From contig JASVEC010000001.1 of NCBI GenBank assembly GCA_030770535.1, positions 1,364,001 through 1,428,000 of the forward strand: 64,000 nucleotides of DNA, read 5' to 3'. The notes under the pieces were generated by a model that worked only from the letters and a program-made list of their open reading frames with translations, ran no database searches and was not told the DNA's origin. Origin of the DNA: Batkoa obscura (taxonomy: Eukaryota). A program made the position numbers and the translations under genes. Below, in pieces: positions 62,660-64,000 of this stretch (within the stretch, counting starts at the first letter, position 1; every line of letters begins with the position of its first letter).

Positions 62660-64000
62660 TTATTTTTCATGTCCCATAAAACAATTTAATAAAAAATCAA
62701 AATTATTATTATTCGAATTATTTAAACTATTATTGTTATTTAAACTCATTAATGCTTTCCATATATGAATTGGGGTTAATAGACGAGGTTGATTTTTAAT
62801 TAAATTATTATTAATTAAATTATTATTATTATCATTATTTAAATTTAACCTCATTACTTGATTTAGATCAATAATTGAATTATTTTTAGTATCTGTTTGT
62901 TGATCACATACATTAAGAGTATGGTTTAATAATTTAACTAAAAATAAACGAGTAGCCTAAAATAAAAATAAAAATAAAAATAAAATAATATTAATTAATA
63001 AAAGATATCTTGATAAATAAAATAATAAAATAATAAACTTACTATAGCTAACATTGAGGGTACAATTTTTGGGTTTAAGTTGAATTTATTAAATGTAGAT
63101 AATTTTAATAATTTAACTTGTTCAATTATAAATTTCATTTCATTATCACCAACAAATGAAGGTACTTGCAATTTCTCTTCTCTATTTTTCTCTTTCCATA
63201 ATTGAATAACTCTTTGATTTCCCGAATTAATTTCCATTTCCGATGGTTCATCATCAATAATAATTAAATCTTCCTCATCTTCATCTTCATTTTCAATTTC
63301 ATTATTTTTTACTTGAAATAAGTGATCCCAACCTTTAGGTAATTGATTTAATAAACAATTACAATTTGATAATGAATTCACTTGTAATTCATTTACTTTT
63401 AAACATAATAAACAAAAATAATTTAAATTGACTTTCCCATAAATACCACAACATTTACAATATCCCTGATTAGCTAATCGATCTTTAATTGGTATTAAAC
63501 TTATACTTCCCTTATTTTCTAATTTAAGATCATATATTTTACACCAATTAATTAATTGTTTAATTGTTAATTGTTGAATTAATATATTATTTTCTTCATT
63601 TTCTAATATTATATTTTCTTTTTTTAAATTTTCATATAAATAATAACATCTTAAATATTCACTACTTTTTCTTCTACCTTCTGTCCACTCATGGTAATAA
63701 ACATTGGAATTAGGAGCTATTGTATATGGTAATTCCATATCTTGTTTTTTACATATAATTGGATGATCTTTTAATAAATGTAATAACATTTGATGAATTG
63801 TTTTATTTATGCCAAAATCTAATAAATTATAAAAATAATTAGTATATAAAATACAGTTAAATATAATATTTAAATATTAATATATATATATATATAAACT
63901 TACCAGCTGGAATCCATTGTATTTCATTTTGTTGATTAATGGAATGAGTTTTATTTTTTCCAATTTCCAATTTAGATAAAAATTTAGTATTTCTATCTAA
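62660..64000 (-). CDS. 3' part of a YEATS2-like protein (5' end outside window)
   Basis: LPYTIA...EWTEGRRKSSEYLR, LTIKQLINWC, YCKCCG, RLLTPIHIWKAL resemble YEATS2 C-terminal blocks. Confidence 0.55.

Noticed and set aside
1..64000. tRNA, rRNA, CRISPR arrays, U12-type introns
   Set aside because: None recognised; all introns I examined were GT-AG without the GTATCCTT donor.

Overview
Very AT-rich eukaryotic DNA with many short GT-AG introns, from a fungus. The gene set and style suggest an early-diverging lineage such as Zoopagomycota/Entomophthorales (inference only). About 21 protein-coding genes are supported: homeobox TF, Na+/H+ antiporter, two inverted GH18 chitinase paralogs, PQ-loop protein, DUF4449/BPI-like protein, RPL32, WW protein, D-amino-acid oxidase, LSM5, TMX2-like, ARL1, GH16 Crh, ARO8-like aminotransferase, GH5 exoglucanase, Pho80-type cyclin, acyl-CoA synthetase, Bck1-like MAPKKK, TFAM/Abf2-like HMG, symplekin-like and YEATS2-like genes. 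The first ~10.5 kb is a transposon nest that the ORF track misses. It holds a frameshifted Sola2-like DDD transposase interrupted by an LTR, and an identical solo LTR with a 4-bp TSD. A ~97-bp MITE family (12 copies across the window, GGGG/GAGG...CCCC/CTCC ends, mostly AWWT TSDs) shares its terminus with the putative transposase element. The best novelty candidates are this Sola transposase/MITE system, an unassigned ~190-nt structured RNA-like element at 57.5-57.7 kb, an apparently N-terminally truncated symplekin, and a cell-wall gene neighbourhood bracketed by the chitinase pair. All calls are by eye; no database searches were run, and exon boundaries are manual.
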